The notes under the pieces were generated by a model. That model was not told the DNA's origin. It worked only from the letters and a program-made list of their open reading frames with translations, and searched no databases. The translations under genes and the position numbers were made by a program. DNA of 64,000 nucleotides from Octopus sinensis (Eukaryota). The stretch is taken from the NCBI RefSeq assembly GCF_006345805.1, contig NC_043002.1:53382001-53446000 (forward strand). The letters are read 5' to 3'. Positions 1 to 13,820 of this stretch are shown here, in pieces; position 1 is the first letter of the stretch, and every line of letters begins with the position of its first letter.

Positions 1-149
1 ATACATGCATACATACATACATACATACATACATACGTACATACATACATACATACATACATGCACGCAACACGTACATATCTATACACATATACCTATC
101 TATACATGCATACAAACATACATACATATATTTATATATCTATCTATCT

Positions 150-288
150 ACGAAGCTTGCTTCCCAAGCACATGGTTCCGACTTCAGTCCAACTGCGTGG
201 CACCTTGGGCAAGTTTTTCTTCTGTAGCCTCGGACCAATCAAAATCATGTGAGTAGATTTGGTCCACGGAAACTGAATGAAGCCCGTC

Positions 289-332
<44 letters not shown>

Positions 333-375
333 TTATATATATAATATATATATATAATATATATATATATATATG

Positions 376-425
<50 letters not shown>

Positions 426-662
426 GTGTGTGTGTACGTGTGTTTGTGTGTGCGTGTTTGTACCCCCGCCATCGCCTGACAACCGATACCGGTGTGTTTG
501 TGTCCCCGTATTTTAACGGTTCGGCAAAAGGGTCCAATAGAATAAGTACTAGGCTTACAAAGAATAAGTCCTGAGGTTGATTTCTTCGACTAAATCCATT
601 AAGGCGGTGCTCCAGCTTGGTCACTGTCAAACGACTGAAACAAGTAAAAGAATAAAAGAATA
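150..662 (+). mobile_element. tRNA-derived SINE family A (octopus OK/OR-type; exact name not verified), 5'-truncated, with internal (TA)n/(TG)n tract
   Basis: Shared body ggcaccttgggcaag...gaagcccgtcg-(TA)n-...aaggcggtgctccagc...gactgaaacaagtaaaagaataaaagaa, seen in about 10 other copies in the window. Confidence 0.85.
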
Positions 663-666
663 TATA

Positions 667-1298
667 CAGGGTGCGAAGGGTAAATTGTCGCCATTTCATA
701 TGTTTTCCTTTCGAGCCTGTGTATTGTTTGTTTCCGATTTTTTTTTTGACGACACAGGATAGTAGAGTCAGTTGGGAACCTTCTGTGTGAAAACCAACAC
801 CATGATGTAATTCACTCTGCCAGAAATTTGGAAACAACATTCTGTACTGCTTAGCATTGGCGCCGGAAGCTCCAATATGAACATTTCAGAGTGTTTGGGT
901 GTCAGCCTGAGGACTAGCCGTGTCCCCAAAACAAGTACCGAGGGTAATAAAAATGAAACATCTAGTCAACACCATGGTGTTTGGAGTGGCCACTAATGAT
1001 GACAACGCTATGCCTCCATTCATCTTCCCACATGGCCTCAAACTCAACAAGAAGGCCTACATCAAGTGCTTGGAGGAGGTAGTGCTACCCTGGGTCAAGA
1101 GGGCGGCTGCTGGAAGACTCTATCTCTGGCAATAGGACTTCGTGTTTGAAACCAATGACAATTTTATTGAATAAATTTACTCTTTAGTATTTCAAGATAT
1201 TTTTAATCTAATTTCGGTAAATATTCCTGATAAAATGAGATACCAGTGTTATTTTCATTTTTGTGTAATTTAGATGGCAGTTTATTCACCGTACCCTA
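667..1298 (+). mobile_element. Tc1/mariner (DD37D-like) relic, internally deleted
   Basis: TA|CAGGGTGCGAAGGGTAAATTGTCGCCAT at 665-694 and a degraded inverted copy at about 1272-1298. ORF 920-1135 (MVFGV...MPPFIFPHGLKLN...YIKCLEEVVLPWVKR...WQ*D) is a DDE transposase core. Confidence 0.8.
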
Positions 1299-1914
1299 CA
1301 CACACCCACACCCCACACACATACATCCACACTCCCCCACCACATATAAATTTTAAAATTAATAATTATAACTGAGGGTACACGAGGCACCAGCGTTGCT
1401 ACAAATAAGAGTCGAAAATTACTCTAATGAGCCACCATTTCACAGGTTGATGAAAACCGAGAGACGAGCAAAGATATAAACTTACCATCGCGGCTGATAG
1501 TCGCAAATGAGTTTACAGTTAATCCTGTATCATATGATTTCGTACTTTGAGATGATTCTCTTAGTTCTTTCTCATCAGCAGGTCTCGTTGTTTACCTAGG
1601 GTAAAAATTTTTACTCGCTTCGTCATGCCTGTTGATTGTTGAAAGACTGGCGTCAAATTCAAACGATATTAATGTATAATTTTACATAAATAAATATATA
1701 GTTATTTATTATCATTAATAATAAATAGCAATATTAATAATATAAGTGACCAGCAAGCATTAAAACCAACTAATGAATGTGTGTGTGTGCGTATACATAC
1801 ATACATACATACATACATGTATATATATATATATGTATGTATACACACAAACACGCACACACACTCATTGGCTTTGAGACGATGAGTGTGTGTATACATA
1901 CATACATACATACA

Positions 1915-2000
<86 letters not shown>

Positions 2001-2099
2001 AATATGCTCACATACTTACCACTAAATATGTGATCAATAAATTAGAAAGTGATAGATAATGTAATTCCAAGTTTTCAAGTTCTGATAGATAATGTCATA

Positions 2100-2330
2100 C
2101 TATGCTATAGAAGTTAAGAAAATATCAGCAATATCATCAGGAGCTGGATAAAAAGGTCATAAAGATTCTATCATGCAGTGAAACATCGCATTTTTGGCAG
2201 AATTATTTACAATGTTATCTGCAGGAAGTATCATCCAGACGATCACACCAAGGACCCCCAAAAAAGGAAGAAAGCATCTCATCTTTAGAAATCAGGAATA
2301 CTTGTTGACTATTCCAGTGTAAAACAATAA
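2100..2330 (+). mobile_element. Highly decayed RLE-type LINE fragment (zinc-knuckle-proximal region)
   Basis: Translates as ISNII...KHRIFGRIIYNVICRKYHP, resembling the 'HIISGC...RH..VG.IIHW.IC.KY' segment of the LINEs at 55-62 kb. Confidence 0.4.
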
Positions 2331-2510
2331 TATCGAGCCAACACAATGTATCTGATACAGTTCCATGGAAATTATGTTTTATCTTTCATCTTCTGGTTGT
2401 CTCAGTCATTGGATCGTGATCATGCCAGGACGCCACCTTGAAGGCTTAAATCGAACAAATCGACTCCACGTAGAGATGTATGCAAATACATGAATTGTAA
2501 TTACACACAC

Positions 2511-2558
<48 letters not shown>

Positions 2559-2814
2559 TATGTAATGTTCATCGCTTCACATTACAATAACACGCGTGCC
2601 TACATATATGCACGCCGTAGCTCACCTACACATTCACAAATTTTAATGAAATCTTCTTGTCTCACACATACATATATATCAACATTTGTATGGGTGCATT
2701 AGTAAGAAGTTGCTTCGCTATCAACGCAGTAAAGACACTTATAATAAAAGTTATCAACTCTTTCTTTCCGAGTTTACTAATAAATTCAAATTGAAATTTG
2801 GTAGAGGGCAACAG

Positions 2815-3804
2815 TGACACCTGATTAAAAGTACACCAGCATGATTACATCAAAGGGAAATCTGATATTGTTCGAGGCAGATCCAGTTGGTTTCTTTGAC
2901 CATTTGTTAACCCAGGATAAGTATTGGCTTCATCAGTTTGAATCAGAGACAAAGAGAGAATCCATGCAGTGAAAACACCCCTCCTCACCTGCTCCAAAGA
3001 AACCAAGGTCGTTTCATCTGCAGGGAAAGTGATAGTCTCAGTTTTTTAGGATGCAACAAGAATTGTGTTTATTGACTATCTTCAAAAAGGCCACACCACC
3101 AATAGAGAATATTATGCCATCTTGTTGAGTAGTTGTGTAAGACCATCAAGACCAAACGCGCAAGAAAACTGACGAAAGATACCTTGTTATTTCTTTATTG
3201 CCCACAAGGGGCTAAACATAGAGGGGACAAACAAGGACACACAACGGTATTAAGTCGATTACATCGACCCCAGTGCGTAACTGGTACTTAATTTATCGAC
3301 CCCGAAAGGATGAAAGGCAAAGTCGACCTCGACTGAATTTGAACTCAGAACGTAACGGCAGACGAAATACTGCTAAGCATTTTGCCCGGTGTGCTAACGT
3401 TTCTGCCAGCTAGCCGCCTTTATCTTGTTTATCTTGATATCTTGTTTCATCAGGACAATGCCCTAGCACACAAGTCCTCCGTTTCAATGGCTGCTGTATA
3501 TGACTGCGACTCTGATCTGATTTACTAACCTTCCTATTCTGATTTGGCCCCATGTGACTATCGTCTGTTCCCTAGCGAGAAAAAAAATCATTTGTTTGAA
3601 AACCAGTATCGCAGTAACGATAATGTAGTATCTGCTGTCGATGACTTTTTAGACCAGTCACTTTTGAAGTCTTGTTTAAACAGTCAAATGTCAGTTTATC
3701 TGGTTTTCACACAGAAACAGTGTTGAAATTAGTGCATGCAAATTTCGCAGCTTTGGCATAATTTCTTCATAATCAGCCTATGGACTTTTCAGTCCACCCT
3801 CGCA
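2815..3804 (+). mobile_element. Mariner transposase pseudogene (C-terminal two thirds plus 3' TIR), interrupted by a SINE
   Basis: Frame-shifted LTQD..W.HQFE.ETKRESMQ, SAGKV, IVFIDYLQKGHT, LFHQDNA, PSYSDLAPCDYRLFP; 3' TIR tcagcctatggacttttcagtccaccctcg ending at about 3804. Confidence 0.9.
3189..3420 (-). mobile_element. tRNA-derived SINE family B, full length, inserted into mariner
   Basis: Minus strand: head aaggcggctagctggcagaaacgttagc, B-box gagttcaaattc, tail ...ccccttgtgggcaataaagaaat. Flanked by gata(c/t)cttgtt at 3178-3188 and 3436-3446. Confidence 0.9.
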
Positions 3805-4129
3805 GATTCTGATTATTTTAATAGCATGGATTGTAAACATAAAATCTAGATTCCCGTTACATATAGACTGTTCACAATCAAACGCAGACAGACAGAGAAG
3901 GCATAATCTCTTTACTTACAAGCCAGTTTTATAGCTTGAAGAAAAAAAAACCCGAAAGTATATTTTACGCTATTTTGCTTCTATTCTCTCTCTTTCTTTC
4001 TGTCTCAGATATACACACATTCACATATATACGCATGCGCACTCACATACATGCAGACATGAAGACTTGTAATAAGCCCAATTTGATTTATCACTGGAAG
4101 TAAAATTTCAATACATAACTGCGTAAGAT

Positions 4130-4300
4130 TTCTCTCTCTCTCTCTTTCTTTCACTTCCACTCCAGTCACTCACTCCCCCACTCACTCACTCACTCACTCA
4201 CTCACTCACCCGCCCACTTACTTTCTCACTCACTCACTCACTCACTCACTCATTCACTCTCACACACACTCATTCACTCTCACACACACTCATTCAACTG
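4130..4300. repeat. (CT)n/(CACT)n microsatellite
   Basis: Directly visible tandem CACT/CA repeats. Confidence 0.9.
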
Positions 4301-4442
4301 TGAGGCTTTACAACTCTCCTTTAAAATGTTTTTTTCTATTCACTATGAAGACGGATTACACACATTGACAGTGGGGTTTCATATATGGCAAAAACAAGAT
4401 TTATTAAAGCAAAAACCAAATATAAATTAGACATATAAACAG

Positions 4443-4700
4443 GGGCGGACATGGCTGGGTGGTTAAGAAGCTTGCTTTGCAACCAGGTGGTTTCAGGTTC
4501 AATCACCACATTCACCTTGTCCAAATCTTTTCTTCTATAAGCCTCGGGATGACCAATGTTTTGTGAGTGAGTGTGGAAAACGGAAACTGCGTGGAAACCC
4601 GTTGCATATAAATGTGTGTGTGTATGTGTTTGTTCCCTACCATCATCATTTGCTGGTTTGTTTAAGCCACAGTAACTAAAACTGCAATAGGTAAAACATA
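4443..4700 (+). mobile_element. Degraded SINE family A
   Basis: Head ggggcggacatggctgggtggttaagaagcttgc, ggttcaatc B-box-like motif, gcctcgggatgacc, ggaaactgcgtggaaacccgt. Confidence 0.6.
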
Positions 4701-5113
4701 AAAGATAAACACTAATACACATAAGAACAATACTCACACACACACACACACACATGTGAGGGTGTGTCTGTGTGGAGGTGCGTGGCTCAGTCGTATTTCT
4801 GTTTGTCATCTAAACCAACAATAAATGGTTATATTTTAATCTCTCTGACGCTTTTAAAGAGATAAATTTCAAGGCGTTGATTGTGTCACATTTTGCTAAT
4901 TTCCTCTACTTTCAAACCGTTACAAAATTTCTCAAGATATTAGTTTTCATCACCCGAAACAAGTATAAAATGGTAATTTTGATGCATCCGCACCTTTCAG
5001 AAGTTTTCTACCTTTTTGTTTTGTTTAAACTATTTTTCATGAACTCGATCCCGTTACAAATCGTTATTATATTTAAGCCGTGATTATTTCCCAATTTTAA
5101 ACTTAAAAATATA

Positions 5114-5710
5114 CAGGGTGGGTCGACAACTTAAGCCGCTCAAGTTGCTGGCAGTAGATCTCCTTTGTTATCGTTTGGTTTGGGTTTAAAAGTTCAAAGT
5201 GAACTAAACCTTTCATATCCCACCAAACATATAACAACATCTTACGTGGTGAAGACCTTCTTTAGCCTTGGGTCCCAGTGTTTTTTCTTTCCTTACCCAC
5301 TGTTTTCGGCGCTTGATATTTTTATACAAAACCCATTTTTCGTCACCGGTGACTATTTGGTCCAAAAGTGGTTCATTCGTGAGACATAACAGTGAAGAAA
5401 ACTACACATTCACTCTCTGCGCGCGATTAGACTCGGAAAGTTTGTGAGGAACCCATTGCCCCAATTCGTTGACTTTTCCGATGGCACGCAGATGTCGATG
5501 AATGATTAAATGACCAAATCCAAGCTTCTCTGCTAGTTCCTCAACAGTTACGATGGGATTTTGTTCCACCAGGGTTTACAGGACGTCCTCGTCGAGCTCT
5601 ACAGATCTTCCAGGAAGAGGTTTCGTCTTCTAGGATGTAGTTTCCGGCCCGGAATTTCTGGAACCACCGTTGATACTAGCTTATACTTATTGTCCGACCC
5701 TCATGTCCTG
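5114..5710 (-). mobile_element. Mariner (second subfamily) deletion derivative with imperfect TIRs
   Basis: TA|CAGGGTGGGTCGACAACTTAAG at 5112 and imperfect inverted end cttattgtccgaccc...cctg|TA at 5710-5712. Minus-strand translation QRWFQKFRAGN..LEDE..GRSVELDED...GQWVPHKLS...IVTGDEKWVLYKN. Confidence 0.85.
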
Positions 5711-7851
5711 TATTAATATTCCACGCACTTTCCATTGCGTTGTTGTCTTTATTGAACTCATAAAGTAAAATATATCGAATATGCTGCTTTGTTACTTCCA
5801 TTATAACTGGTAAAATCGAACTGCACCCTTCAAAACTTACACTAAGAATAAGTACAAGATAAAATTATTTCCTGCTTTTATAGCAAGTTGAAGCAGGTAG
5901 TTTATCTCGGCTTCCTCCGACTTTTAGTTCAAGCAATTGAAAAAAACCGCATTATTTATGGGATGACCCAATATGTATGTATGTACATGTATATATGTCA
6001 TCACTTACATTCATTATTAGCACACACACATACAAGTTTATAATACCGACGTCAGCTGTTAGTTATAAATATATCAGCGCAATTCTAATCCCACGATTTG
6101 TTAAATTCAATAACGATTGATAAATTAAATTTAGTTACCATAATTAGAGAGTTTAGGATACTTGATTAGCTTCTGCAAAATATGAGCAAGAGGTGTTAAA
6201 GGTATATAATTCAGAAATAACCATGCATATAAAACTGCTAATTGCTTTTCCATGTTACTAAATCTAAAGATTTAATGAAGATCTTGGAAAGTAATGTGGG
6301 CGTAAATGAAAGCGTACAGTTTTAAAGTTGCTTTCCAAATCCGACGGTTTCGTTTTGGATTTTATTGCGTGACACTTTGGCCAAACATATTTTAATTATC
6401 ATACCATTGAGTCATTCGCGAATTGGCAGAGTAATAAGAAACGTTCGATAGAATCCCTGTCCTGCCCTTCCAGTATTTATTTTAACTTTCTGGACACTGA
6501 ATTCTAATCCAACTGAGGGGAAGTTTGCTTTTCAAACGGTTGGAATAGGTAAAAAAAAATACCGCTCCAAGATTGTGGATTGGTGGAAATTTTCAGGCGT
6601 AGGATGAGATACTTTGAAGTATCTTTACCAGATCTTTGCGTTGAAGCTGCAACACTTGCTACGACACTTGTGCCAAGCTGTAAAGATCTTTGTTTGTGGA
6701 TAACACTAGTGGCATAGCAAGGTGACGTTTGCATGCGCAACAACTGGTCTACTGCTAAGGATCTTTGCCAAAACGCACATATATACACAGATATTTGGTC
6801 ATGACTCTATATAACGATGTGTTGATAGAAGCTTCGTTATGAATAATATTGTGCATACGAAAGCTGTTAGAAAGGCCGTGAGATGGATTGTAACTGCTGT
6901 TGTGTGCTGAAACGTATCCGCTACTCGTTCGGTTTGATACGATCTTTAACATCTGTCTCTGGGTGCGTATTAAACAGAACCAGTTTAGTACATAATCAAA
7001 AACGAACTTTTGTTTGCATGTGTGTAATCTATGTAGATGCTTATGCATACATACACTTACACGCACAGACATGTGTATACACACACACACACATACACAC
7101 AAATGAATCTATTAATTGCTCATCCATCCTGTGTATTTTAGGTTTAAAATAAAACGGGAAATTATTAAGGGCTTAATAAAATCCATTCACTGGGATCCAG
7201 TGTCTTGTGTCGGAATAAGTCTACATTTCCTCCTTCAGAGACAGAGACACTAATGCAGCTGCTGCTGCTAATCCACCACCACCAAAACTACCATCATCTC
7301 CTCCTCCTCCTCTAAGCCAAAAAGAGAAAGAAAGAAAGCAACGCAAGACCTATTTCTTGTGTTACAGTTAAGAATCCTACTCTTTTATTTTCAAATATAA
7401 AAAGCATTAAATCTTTAAAAACACTTATAAAGCACATTCACTTAGTTGAACTCAATCAAATAAGGTCATTTTACTAATGACCAATATTTGCCCATTACTG
7501 AATCGTGTTGACCAGTTCTCGGATTTCTTTAAGTGACTTCTTACATTAATCCAAAGTAATTATCTAAAGTACTTTATATTAAGTTGCTTTCGGCTTTCAT
7601 ATCATGTTCCGTTTCGCTAATCCTACGATTTGCTTTCTATAACAGATATTCACGTCCATTGAGGGAGTTATTAGGAAAGCATTTTAAAGATTCAATATCG
7701 GAGAAGTTCTTTAGAAATCGAAGATTTTGTTATCTTCAACTTCACATCAATCGATGAATTCAACTACTCGTATTTTTAAATACGAACCTACTGCTCTTTC
7801 TTTCTTTATTTCTAGTGACTCGTATTTCTTCTTGTATACATGATATGTTCC

Positions 7852-7903
<52 letters not shown>

Positions 7904-8639
7904 CAACATGAAATGTTCAAGTTCCATCCAGATTTTATAAATAAAAGTCTCTTTGTTTTTCGAGCGCATGTTGGACATCCGTCAGTCGCGCTAAGCAGAC
8001 CAGATATAGAAAGATAGGCAATTTTTGGTTCACCTTTTCTAGAACCTCTCCGGCTTCCGAGTTAGCAGTGCCTTCTCCAAATGGAGCTTCCCAGAATCCC
8101 ATGCAGCAACCAAATCCTACCGCTGTCTAGGGCGACAAGAAAATGACTTTATATCTAGCATAGGCTGCCTACGTGCAGATCGCTGACTACATCAGGTCGG
8201 CATGCTCCACCAACGTCGCAGGTGTTCCGAATAAAAATAAAATGAATATATATTAAAAATAAATAAATAAATAAACATGTAATATATGCTAAAAATAAAG
8301 ATACATGTATACTGAAAATAAAATAAATATATACAGGAAAAAAAGTAGCACATATCGAACAGAGGTCAGCAATGCCTGTGCAGAGTTTTAGGTCCAATAA
8401 GACTTGCACTACACCTCATAGACCCTCTCCACTTTAGTGACATTATCTAGAGACAAGCCAGAACAAGATGTCCGGTGCCAGTATGAGTCGCAGGCTCGGG
8501 GATGTGGGAGCACCATGATCTCTAACACAAACGAAAGATCCATAAAATGCCCAATGCCATTCGCTGCATATCTGGTTTTGCATCAGTGTGACCTTCTCCT
8601 AGAGACATAGTTTAACAGAAGCTGAAGGATGACTCACTA

Positions 8640-9770
8640 CCAGTGAGTGTTTAGACCCCAACGACATGCATACGAACATGGTAGCTACATTAGAGGATGA
8701 CGCTCCAGTTCTATCAACTATACAGGGGCAGTTGAATTTAGGAGGGGAACGGAAAGTCTTGAAGATGATCCAAGGTCTGGGCGCCCTACAACTGCCACCA
8801 CCGAGGAAAACATTGATCGCCTTCATCACATGCTGATGGATGACAGCCGATTGATTATAAAGCTTGCCTCATGTTGACTATGGCCGATCTAGAGAGACGA
8901 GCGGAGACAAAAGGTGAGCTGTGATTGGTTGAGTTAATTCACCACTCGATGCTGTGTATGTATTACGAGAGAGTTGTTCTTATTTTGCATAATGAAATTG
9001 GCATGACGACGGTTTCTGCTCGGTGGATACTATACCAGGCTGAGCGCATCACGAGAAAATCTGACATTGTTTCAGGCAGATCCAACTGGTTTCCTTGATC
9101 ATTTCCTAACTCAAGATGGATGTTGGCTTCAACAGTTTGAGTCAGATACAAAGAGAGACTCGATGCAGTGGGGAAAACGCCTCCTCATCTGCTCCGAAGA
9201 AGGCCAAGATCGTTTCACCCACAGGGAAGATGATGGTCTCATTTGTTTTGGTATGCAAATCGAATTGTGTTTATTATCTATCTTCAAAATAGCCCCAACT
9301 TCAATTGAAAGTAGCATAGCAAGTTGCAGAAGCCGTTACAAAAGGTTATCAAGACCAAACACACAGGAAAACTAACGAAATTGGTTTTGCTTCATCAGGA
9401 CAACGCTCCAGCACACACGTCTATGCTTTCAATGGCTGCTGTACATGACAGTGGCTTTGAACGTGTTGATCGTCTCCATCCCATCAATTCTCCTGATTTG
9501 GCCCATCTGACTATCATCTTTTTGCCCAACCTAAAAGAACCCACTTGGCTGGGAATCTCTATCGCAGTGAAGGTGGAGTCATATCTGCTGTTGATGACTT
9601 CTTTGACCAAAAGGGTGAAAGCTTCTTGATCAAAGGGATCAAAGCACAGCAACAGCGATGGAAGAAGTATGTGGACCATAACTTGGACTTTATTGAAAAA
9701 TAAATCTCGTTTCGTCAAATTTCATGAGAGTATCTTGGTCAGCCTATGAACTTGTCAACCAACCTTCGTA
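8640..9770 (+). mobile_element. Mariner transposase pseudogene, near full coding span, with 3' TIR
   Basis: SLEDDPRSGRPTTATTEENID, SARWI, FLTQDGCWLQQFE, LLHQDNAPAH, SPDLA; TIR cagcctatgaacttgtcaaccaaccttcg|TA at about 9740-9770. Same family as 2815-3804. Confidence 0.9.
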
Positions 9771-11074
9771 TGTATATATATCAATATAAATCTCAAGGTG
9801 ATTGTCAGGCAGTTTGATATGAACCTTTATTTTTCTATATATCCTTACCAAAGAACAATTCATATAATATAAATTATCATATATTATATTATATTATATT
9901 ATATTATATTATACAATATATCGTATTATATTCTTATATCTACGATGTATAGAGAGTTAATAAAATTCTATTTTACGAAAACTGCATTATCCAAGTTTCT
10001 GTTTATGTTTACAATCACACAATCTCTCACAGACTATACAAGAAAAAAAACATGCTAATATTGTATCTGGATTATATATATATAATAGCGTGTTCCATCT
10101 TCGTATTTTCAGAATTTACGTAAACAACATTTCAATTTGCCATATACTATTTCCAAGAAACGTTTGGAACTTTCATAATTTTCTACAAGAGATTAAACTT
10201 GACTTCCCACGGCTACAGTTAATATATCTCTTTTGTTAAAATTTAAGAAACAAACTTTACAAAAGAACGTTTATATGTTCGACCATTGTCTGAAACATTA
10301 AAGAGACATACATTAAAGAGTCAGCATGGGCACGGTTTTTACGAGACATAGCTCAGAAGGTGAGTGAACACTACTAAAAAAAGTGAAGATAATTTTTCGC
10401 TAGGCATGTCTTTCAGGCAATCCTACTGGCCTCATGTTGACCATGGCTGATCTAGAGAGACGAGCGGAGGCAAAAGATGAGCTGTAGTTGGTTGAGTTAA
10501 TTCGCCACTCGATTTAACCCCGCTGCCTAGTCATTGCGATTTCGTAGGGAAGTACATTCTGTTGCATGCATTAACGCTGGATCTTCCGTCTAAAGAATAT
10601 CTTCCTCTCACAAATTTGGGGGCCCTATAAAATGTCATGGGCACTACCCTTGCTCTTCTGAATTAACCAGTTAAAACAATAATAATCTTGAAAAGTATAA
10701 TTTATTCATATTGTTCTATATTAGTATGACTTATCTTACATGGAGTATTTCAGTATATTTCAGATACATTGCATTCATGCCGCTACAAGCACCCGTACAC
10801 TTACATTATGAACACCTGTGTCAACACATCGCATACACGCCCTACATCACGCTCACACACTCACACACACACACACACATATAAAATTGAATAAATGAAA
10901 AGGGAACAAGAAATTATTCAATGAACGTCATAAGCTTATAACTGTTTCTGCTATAAAAACGCTGTGCATTCAGCTAATAGCTTCTTCTAAGCTTTTAAAA
11001 AAGAGTGCAAAGTTATTTGGGAAATGCATGTATATCTGTGTATATCATATATATCTGTATATATCTGTGTATAT

Positions 11075-11195
11075 GTCGCCGAGGTCGACTTTCCCTTTCA
11101 TTTTTTCGGGATCACTAAATTAAGTACCAGTTGCGTACTGGGGTCGATCTAATCGACTGGCCCCTCCTCCCCAAATTTCGGGCATTGTGCCTATA
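11075..11195 (+). mobile_element. SINE family B, 3' half
   Basis: gccgaggtcgacttt...aagtaccagttgcgtactggggtcgatctaatcgactggcccct...gggcattgtgccta. Confidence 0.8.
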
Positions 11196-11196
11196 G

Positions 11197-11530
<334 letters not shown>

Positions 11531-12167
11531 TACAAGTATGTATATTCCTACCCACCATAATTAAGTATTTCATTATAAAGCAATTCATTGGTCCAATATG
11601 GACGTATTATGCGTATTTCAAATTAACGTCTTCTCAATGCCTCCTGAACCACCTACAACTGAGTAGATTAAAAGAAATTTTCTATAATTCAATCAGCAGT
11701 AGGGAATTAGTGAGTAACAGTCCAAGAGCTTTCGTTCGTCGTTCTCTTGTTAGCAGAAATGACTCCAATTATACTATAAGAGTCCGTTTCTAAAACATGC
11801 CTAATCAAAATTCAATTTGGGCCAGAATTCCAATGGTGTTATCAGAAATTGTCGGGCAATTATTATTGTCTAATGACTGAAAGTACGGTTCTTACTCATT
11901 CCAAGTGATTTCCATATTAGAGTAGTCAGCTGTAATGGACTTTTCAGAATCAATATTCTCCAATTTTTAAACACTATTAAGGAGTAGTCGTCAATTATGG
12001 TTGAAGTGAGGCTGGAAGCAGACATTTTGTTTCTTACGAGGCTGGGTTTACAGAAAGAAAGAGATTAAGAGAGAAAGAGAGAATCAGGGATAGAAAGAAG
12101 GAGAAAGAAGGAGAGAGAGAGAAAGAGAAATTGAGAGATTATGTCTGAGAATGAAAGAGAGTTAATG

Positions 12168-12230
<63 letters not shown>

Positions 12231-12349
12231 AAAAGCGGATAAATATATGTGTGCTTAAGAAAGAGATAGTTATAAAGCTTATATGTCAGCTGTGTGTTTA
12301 AATATGCTTAAATATCAAGGTTTTATATATTACACACTCACACACACAT

Positions 12350-13350
12350 CATTGGTGAAGATGTTTTCATCCTGTTATTCAAAGAAGTCATCAATAGCAG
12401 ATATGACATCATCATCATTGCGATACTGGTTCTTAGCCAAGTGATTTTTCATGTTGGGGAAATGATGTTATTCAGATGGGACCAAATCAGATAAGAAAGT
12501 AGGTTGATGACCAGTTCAAAGTCACGGTTACACACAGCAGTCATTGAAACCAAGGAATTGTGTACTGGAGCAATATCCTGATGAAACAAAAGACCACTTT
12601 CCTCAGTTTTCCTGAAAGTTTGATGTTGATAGCCTTTCGTAACAATCTCAACAAGTTGACATGGTACACTCCATTGACTGAGTGACCCTTTTTGAAGGCA
12701 GGAAATAAGAGCAAACCTTTTGTATCCCAAAATATTAAGGCCATCACCCCAGCAAATGAAACGATATTGGCCTTCATTAAAACAAGTGAAGTGTATTTCC
12801 ACTGCATGGCTTTTCTATTTGCCTCTGGCTCAAATTGATGAACCCAACACCCATCCTAAGTTACGAAACGTTCAATAAAAACAGCTGGATCTACCTGAAA
12901 CATTGTCAGATTTCCCCGAGATGTTCTCAGCCTGGTGAACTTTTGATTAGGTGTCAGAAGACGTGGATCTACCGAGCAGAAAACTTCGTCATGCTAAATA
13001 TTGTCAGCTCTCTTCACGTGATATGCTAACAGCGTTGGCTATTTCCTTTATAGCTAATCACCTGTTATCTTTCAGCGTGTAATGAAAGCGATCAACATTT
13101 TCCTCGGTGGCCGCAGTTGCCAAACGACCAGACATTGGGTCATCTTCAAGACTCTCTGTTCTCCTCCTAAATTCAGCTGCCCACTTTTACACTGTTGATA
13201 ATCTACAGCGCCATCCCCTAATTTAGTAACCATATCAGCATGAATGTTATCTAAACCGTTTTCCTTGAGGTACTTGATAACAAAACGATGCCAAATTTTG
13301 TTGATTTTTCAAGAAACGTCGCTACTTGTTACTTTTGAAGCTTTCTTTAA
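12350..13350 (-). mobile_element. Mariner transposase pseudogene (same family as 2815 and 8640)
   Basis: Minus-strand HRFVIKYL, SLEDDP.SGR, MQWK, VMALIFWDTKG, LLFHQDIAPVH; TIRs not recognisable. Confidence 0.88.
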
Positions 13351-13549
13351 AAGGTCAGATATCAGTTTACCTGATAATAAACGATGCAGGTATTAATAAA
13401 AAAAGAAAAGAGGTGAAACGAATGGATGCAAGATTTCACAGCTCTTGTATCACTCATCCATACCAAGGCTATGAGCTTTCCAGCCCAACCTTGCATACGC
13501 ACAGGTTGACAACCATATTTGGTTTTGTGTGTGTAAATATATAAATATA

Positions 13550-13608
<59 letters not shown>

Positions 13609-13771
13609 TGTGTGTGTGTGTGTGTGCGTGCGTGCGTGTGTGTAACATGGCCCAACGATAAATTTCTCAGCTCTTATGTTAATTTTCTAACTTTCTGCGG
13701 ATTGAAATTAGTAAAAGTGTTTATGTATATTCGTGAGTTAGGTTCCATCTTTTGTGTTTCCTTTTACCAAA

Positions 13772-13820
<49 letters not shown>

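Noticed and set aside
2222-2290. KYHPD motif suggesting a DnaJ J-domain exon
   Set aside because: The upstream frame reads GRIIYNVICRKYHP, matching the RLE-LINE 'HW.IC.KY' segment. There is a stop shortly after and no J-domain helices.
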